Under the pieces are notes generated by a model. The model was not told the DNA's origin, searched no databases, and worked only from the letters and a program-made list of their open reading frames with translations. Below are positions 59,276-64,000 of a stretch of DNA of 64,000 nucleotides, one piece after another. The stretch comes from Planctomycetota bacterium (GTDB taxonomy: Bacteria; Planctomycetota; UBA1135; UBA2386), in the NCBI GenBank assembly GCA_965228735.1, contig OZ245838.1, positions 3,040,001 to 3,104,000 of the forward strand. The letters are read 5' to 3'. Position numbers and translations under genes: made by a program. The stretch's first letter is position 1; each line of letters opens with the position of its first letter.

Positions 59276-62200
59276 ATGCGAACGCGTGCAGCCAGCGTCT
59301 TCGTCTGCCTCGCCCTCGCGGCAACCGCCGCCCCACAGGGCGAGCCGCACAACGGTCCGCGCCCCGTCACGCCCGACTGGTATGCGCTCACGGGCGCCAC
59401 CGTCGTCACGGCACCCGGGCAACGCCTCGCCGGCGTCAGCGTCGTGGTGCGCGGCGGCCGCATCGTCGACGTCACGGACGACGTGCCGGCCGGCGCGACA
59501 CGCATCGACTGCTCCGGTACGACCATCTACCCGGGCCTGATCGAACCGTTCCTGCCCGTCGACTCGCCGGCGCGCGAACCGGACCGCAACGACGCGCACT
59601 GGAGCCCGATGATCCAGCCGCAGCGCGGCGCGCTCGACGGCGACGGGCTGACCGAGGACGACCGCGAAGAACTGCGTGCCCTCGGTTTCGCGGCTGCTGG
59701 AGTCAGCCCGATCGGCGGCATCGTCACCGGCTCGCAGAGCGTCGTGTTGCTCGACGAGCCCGGCCCGACGGAGCGCACGCGCGTGATCCGCGAGCACGCT
59801 GGCCTCGTCGTTCGCCTCGCGCGCAACCGCGGCAGCTACCCGAACAGCGAGATGGGCGCCATCGCGATGCTGCGCCAGACGCTGCTCGATGGGCGGTGGT
59901 ACGACCGCGCGATGCGGGCGGTCGAACGCGATCCGCAACTCGCGAGCGACGCGCCGCCGGTGTCGGCCGCGCTCGCCGCGATGGCGCGACACGCGCAGCT
60001 GCCGCTCTGGCTCGATACGAGCAACGAGCTGCAGGCCCTGCGCCTGCTGCGGATCGCGGCCGAGATGAACCGCGACGCGATCCTCGTCGGCAGCGGCATG
60101 GAGTTTCGCCGCCTCGCCGCGATCGCCGGCGCCGAGCGCCCGATCGTCGTCCCGCTCGAGTTCCCCCGCGCGCCCCGCCTCGACTCGGCCGCAGCCGCCG
60201 CTGCGGTCTCGCTGCGCCAGTTGCTCACGTTCGAGCAGGCGCCGACCAACAGCGCCCGACTCCACCGCGCCAGCGCGAAGTTCGCGTGGACGACCGCGCG
60301 CATGAACCGTCGCAGCGACTTCCGCAAGCGCATGCACGAGGCCATGCAGTGCGGGGTCGACGAGGACGCGGCGCTGAAGGCGCTCACGACCGTGCCCGCC
60401 GAGCTGCTCGGCGTGAGCGCGCAGCTCGGCACGATCGCACCCGGCAAGCTCGCCAACCTCGTCGTCGTCGACGGCAACCTGTTCGATCCCGACAGCGCGA
60501 TTCGCGCGGTATGGGTCGCGGGGCGGCAGCACGAGATCGAGCCCCGGAGCGCCGAGGCGCTCGACGGCGACTGGCGCCTCACGAAGTGGCCAGCAGCCGG
60601 CAAGGCGCCGCAGCTGGCGATCGACGGCGACAGTGTCGAACTCACCGCCGGCGAGGATCGGCTGAAGACCGCGGTCGGCACGCGCGACGCGCACGCGATC
60701 GCGTTGCGGGTTCGCGACGCGTTCGGCCAGGGCAGCGGCGTGTGCTGGCTCCGCCTGCAGCGCGCAGGTGAGGGCCTCTCCGGCACGGGCACGCGCCCCG
60801 ATGGCACCACGTTCGTCATCGCCGCGGAACGCTCGGATCCGGCAACCCCGACCGACCCGGAACGGGAGGACCCGTTCGAACCGCCACCGCTGTCACCGCT
60901 GCCGACCCCCCTCGGCGGCTACGGCACGCCGACACAGCCAGCACCGGAATCGTTCGCGATCACCAACGCGACGATCTGGCCGTCGGACGGACGCGGCGTG
61001 ATCGAGAACGGCGCCGTTGTCGTGCGCGATGGCCGCATCGTGTTCGCCGGCGCGGCCGAGGACATGCCGGCGCTGGCAGCCGGAACGCGCCGCATCGACG
61101 GCCGCGGCCGACACGTCACGCCCGGCCTCATCGATTGCCACTCGCACACCGGTATCTCGGGCGGCGTCAACGAAAGCGGCCAGGCGGTGACCGCGGAAGT
61201 GCGCATCCAGGACGTCATCGATCCCGATGACGCCAACTGGTACCGCCAGCTCGCCGGCGGCGTCACGGCCGTCAACCAGCTGCACGGCTCGGCCAACGCG
61301 ATCGGCGGCCAGAGCTCGACCGTCAAGCTGCGCTACGGCTGCGCGCACCCCGACGAGATGCGCATCGACGGCGCTCCGGGCGGCATGAAATGGGCGCTCG
61401 GCGAGAACCCGCGCCGCGCGAACGGCAACCGCGAGCAGACGCGCTACCCGAGCACGCGCATGGGTGTCGAGGCCCTCATTCGCGACCGCCTCGTCGCAGC
61501 GCAGGCCTACCAGCGGGAGCACACGGCCTACTCCGAACTCGGGCCGCAAGAACGCGCACGCGTCGTGCCGCCGCGGCGCGACCTGGAGCTCGAGGCCATC
61601 GCGGAGATCCTCGCCGGCGATCGCTGGATCCACTGTCACAGCTACCGCCAGGACGAGATCTTCATGCTGTGCGGCGTGGCCGAGGAGTTCGGCTTCAAGA
61701 TCGGCACCCTGCAGCACGTTCTCGAGGGCTACAAGGTCGCCGACGCGATCGCGGCGAACGCGCGCGGCGCGTCGTCCTTCAGCGACTGGTGGGCCTACAA
61801 GTTCGAGGTCTTCGACGCGATCCCGCACAACGGCGCGCTCATGCACGAGGCCGGCGTCGTCGTGTCGTTCAACAGCGACAGCAGTGAACACGCGCGCCGG
61901 CTCAACACCGAGGCTGGCAAGGCCGTGAAGTACGGCGGCGTGCCGCCGGCCGAGGCGCTGGGCTTCGTCACCCGGAATCCGGCGATGCAGCTCGGCATCT
62001 TCGATCGCACGGGTTCCCTGACGGCCGGGAAGGACGCGGACGTCGCGCTGTGGTCGGGCAACCCGCTCAGCTACGCCGCGCGCTGCGTGGCGACGTGGGT
62101 CGACGGCCGGCCGTTGTTCTCGCTCAGCCGCGACGCGCGGCTGCGGACCCGGATCACCGAAGAACGCGCGCGGCTGCTGCAGAAGGCCGCGCTCGCCACG

Positions 62201-62329
62201 CGCCGCCAGCGCGGCGGCGGTGCCGACGGTGCGGGCGGCGACCGATTGCGCGACGCCTACTGGCGGGCCGAGTATCTCGAGGACGCGTACTGCTGCCGCA
62301 ACCACACGCTGAACGGAGGCAACCGATGA
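59276..62329 (+). CDS. Secreted protein with two amidohydrolase domains
   Basis: Two PGLI motifs; GTIAPGKLANLVV, PGLIDCHSH and GSLTAGKDADV. Confidence 0.85.
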   Translation: MRTRAASVFVCLALAATAAPQGEPHNGPRPVTPDWYALTGATVVTAPGQRLAGVSVVVRGGRIVDVTDDVPAGATRIDCSGTTIYPGLIEPFLPVDSPAREPDRNDAHWSPMIQPQRGALDGDGLTEDDREELRALGFAAAGVSPIGGIVTGSQSVVLLDEPGPTERTRVIREHAGLVVRLARNRGSYPNSEMGAIAMLRQTLLDGRWYDRAMRAVERDPQLASDAPPVSAALAAMARHAQLPLWLDTSNELQALRLLRIAAEMNRDAILVGSGMEFRRLAAIAGAERPIVVPLEFPRAPRLDSAAAAAAVSLRQLLTFEQAPTNSARLHRASAKFAWTTARMNRRSDFRKRMHEAMQCGVDEDAALKALTTVPAELLGVSAQLGTIAPGKLANLVVVDGNLFDPDSAIRAVWVAGRQHEIEPRSAEALDGDWRLTKWPAAGKAPQLAIDGDSVELTAGEDRLKTAVGTRDAHAIALRVRDAFGQGSGVCWLRLQRAGEGLSGTGTRPDGTTFVIAAERSDPATPTDPEREDPFEPPPLSPLPTPLGGYGTPTQPAPESFAITNATIWPSDGRGVIENGAVVVRDGRIVFAGAAEDMPALAAGTRRIDGRGRHVTPGLIDCHSHTGISGGVNESGQAVTAEVRIQDVIDPDDANWYRQLAGGVTAVNQLHGSANAIGGQSSTVKLRYGCAHPDEMRIDGAPGGMKWALGENPRRANGNREQTRYPSTRMGVEALIRDRLVAAQAYQREHTAYSELGPQERARVVPPRRDLELEAIAEILAGDRWIHCHSYRQDEIFMLCGVAEEFGFKIGTLQHVLEGYKVADAIAANARGASSFSDWWAYKFEVFDAIPHNGALMHEAGVVVSFNSDSSEHARRLNTEAGKAVKYGGVPPAEALGFVTRNPAMQLGIFDRTGSLTAGKDADVALWSGNPLSYAARCVATWVDGRPLFSLSRDARLRTRITEERARLLQKAALATRRQRGGGADGAGGDRLRDAYWRAEYLEDAYCCRNHTLNGGNR

Positions 62330-63687
62330 CCGCTTCTCGCACCGGCTTCTTCGCGCCAGGGGCGCTCACGGCGCTCGTCGTGGCAACGGTCACGAGCGCG
62401 ACTTCGGCGCAGGATCTGCTGCCGAAGGGCGCGCCCGAGCTGCGGCCCGTCCTGCTGCAGAACGGCACGATCCACACGATCAGCGCCGGCACCGTGCTCG
62501 GCGGCACGGTGTGGTTCCACGAGGGCAAGATCCGCGGCGTGACGACGCGCGGCGTGATGCCGGCGATCCCGCCCGGCACCGAACCGCGCAAGATCGACCT
62601 GCAGGGTCGCGACGTGTACCCCGGCATGATCGCGGCGGCGACGACGCTCGGTCTGCAGGAGATCGGCCAGGTGCGCCAGTCGGTCGACGTCAACGAGATC
62701 GGCGACATGACGCCCGAGGTGCTGGCCGCGGTCGCGCTCAATCCGGACTCGACGGCGATTCCCGTCGCCCGTTCCAACGGCGTGCTCGCCGCCGCGGTGT
62801 TTCCGGGGGGCGGCCTGATCGCAGGCCGCGCGTCGATCATCCAACTCGACGGCTGGACCAACGCCGACATGACCGTGATCCGCGACGCCGGGCCCGTGGT
62901 CTCCTGGCCGGCGATGGCGTTCGGTCAGCGCCCGCGCCGGCGCAGTCCGGTGGCGCGCGAGACGAGCGACCCGAACGAGCGCGCGCGCCAGCGCCGGGCG
63001 GCGATCGACCGCGCGTTCCGTGACGCCCGCGCGTGGTCTCGCGCGCACCGCGCCGATCCGAACTTCCCGATCGACGTGCGACACCAGGCACTCACCGCGG
63101 CCGCGCGCGGTGAGAAGCCCGTGTTCCTCTTGGCCGACGAGGTCGAAGCGATCGAGTCGGCCGTGCACTGGGCCACGGATCTCGGCCTGCGTCCCGTGAT
63201 CGTCGGTGGCCGCGATGCGCACGAATGCGCGCGGCTGCTCGTCGAGCGCGAGGTGCCCGTCATCCTGCAGGGCGTGCACAACATGCCGCGGCGCAGCGAC
63301 AGCGCCTTCGACGAACCGTTCACGTTGCCGGCGCGCCTGCACCGGGCGGGGGTGAAGTTCTGCATCGCCTCGGGCGACGGCTACAGCAACGAACGGAACC
63401 TGCCCTACCACGCGGCCACGGCCGCCGCGTTCGGCCTCGACCGGCGCGAGGCGCTCGCGGCCGTGACGCTGCGCGTCGCGGAGATCCTCGGCTGCAGCGA
63501 CCGGCTCGGCGCGCTGAAGGCCGGCTGCGACGCGACGTTGTTCGTGTGCGATGGCAACCCACTCGAGCTCACGACGTCCATCGAGCTCGCGTTCATCCGC
63601 GGCCGCCAGGTCGACCTGCGCAACAAGCAGACGGAGCTCGCGAAGAAGTATCGCGAGCGCTACCGCCAGCTGCGTGAGTCGAAGTAG
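62326..63687 (+). CDS. Secreted amidohydrolase-family protein lacking the HxH motif
   Basis: ATGA overlap; VYPGMIAAATTLGL and LGALKAGCDATL motifs. Confidence 0.85.
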   Translation: MTASRTGFFAPGALTALVVATVTSATSAQDLLPKGAPELRPVLLQNGTIHTISAGTVLGGTVWFHEGKIRGVTTRGVMPAIPPGTEPRKIDLQGRDVYPGMIAAATTLGLQEIGQVRQSVDVNEIGDMTPEVLAAVALNPDSTAIPVARSNGVLAAAVFPGGGLIAGRASIIQLDGWTNADMTVIRDAGPVVSWPAMAFGQRPRRRSPVARETSDPNERARQRRAAIDRAFRDARAWSRAHRADPNFPIDVRHQALTAAARGEKPVFLLADEVEAIESAVHWATDLGLRPVIVGGRDAHECARLLVEREVPVILQGVHNMPRRSDSAFDEPFTLPARLHRAGVKFCIASGDGYSNERNLPYHAATAAAFGLDRREALAAVTLRVAEILGCSDRLGALKAGCDATLFVCDGNPLELTTSIELAFIRGRQVDLRNKQTELAKKYRERYRQLRESK

Positions 63688-63708
63688 GCCCTGATTGCCG
63701 CACGGCGA

Positions 63709-64000
63709 TCACCGCTGCAGCAGCGCGCCTGCGAGCGTCGCGACATCCGCAACGAACGCGGTTGCGCCGGCTGATTCGAGGCGGGCGCGGTGGGACTCGG
63801 CACCGATGCCGTGCGGTTCGATCGCAAGCGCGATGCAGCCCGCGCCGCGGGCGGCCTCGACGTCGCTGGGATTGTCGCCGAGCATCCAGGCCCGCTCGAC
63901 GGCGAGCGCCCGGCCCGCGCTCGCGAGGCGTTCGACCGCGAGCCGGACCGGCGCGGGATCGGGCTTGGTCGGGCCGTCGTCCGTCGTGACCAGGGCACCG
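63709..64000 (-). CDS. HAD-superfamily hydrolase, C-terminal part (not in the ORF track)
   Basis: Manual translation from 63999 gives TKPDPAPV...WMLGDNPSDVEAARGAG, with the stop at 63709-63711. Confidence 0.8.
   Translation of the reverse strand, partial: GALVTTDDGPTKPDPAPVRLAVERLASAGRALAVERAWMLGDNPSDVEAARGAGCIALAIEPHGIGAESHRARLESAGATAFVADVATLAGALLQR

Noticed and set aside
62281..62329. C-terminal YCCRNH of the amidohydrolase as another Sec or readthrough site
   Set aside because: Both Cys are TGC codons, and the TGA is a normal ATGA overlap with the next gene in a different frame.
63660..63998. ORF-track calls 63660-63998 (-) and 63762-63989 (+)
   Set aside because: Wrong frames. The frame ending at 63709 carries the HAD motifs.

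Overview
High-GC bacterial chromosomal window, densely coding. I found no rRNA, tRNA, CRISPR array or transposase. The gene content (ECF sigma plus Ser/Thr kinase pair, PA14/multiheme cytochrome c plus propeller pair, many signal-peptide proteins, HEAT and carboxypeptidase-regulatory-like proteins) suggests a Planctomycetota-like organism; this is inference. Recognisable genes include a YgiQ radical SAM protein, an enoyl-CoA hydratase, rpiA, purE-purK, M1, M17, M64 and S8 peptidases, a Leu/Phe/Val dehydrogenase, a class V PLP enzyme, a TetR-OMF-MFP-RND efflux operon and two amidohydrolases. Top finding: the two ORFs at 24725-25087 and 25097-26179 are in frame and read as one secreted FG-GAP/VCBS beta-propeller protein through a UGA (N-W-U-C-I-G). 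The UGA is followed by a hairpin that fits the bacterial SECIS model, so this is a candidate new selenoprotein with a vicinal Sec-Cys motif, probably co-transcribed with an M64 metallopeptidase. Other observations: a frameshifted subtilase at a (CG)5 tract, a triple tandem array of unknown membrane proteins with conserved junctions, a TM2-DUF2752-GYF_2x2-CPBP envelope operon, a REP/MITE-like 32-bp inverted repeat family, recurring leaderless-type promoters, a PsrA-type operator and an NPEPL1-like M17 peptidase. Family calls come from motif recognition only; no searches were run.
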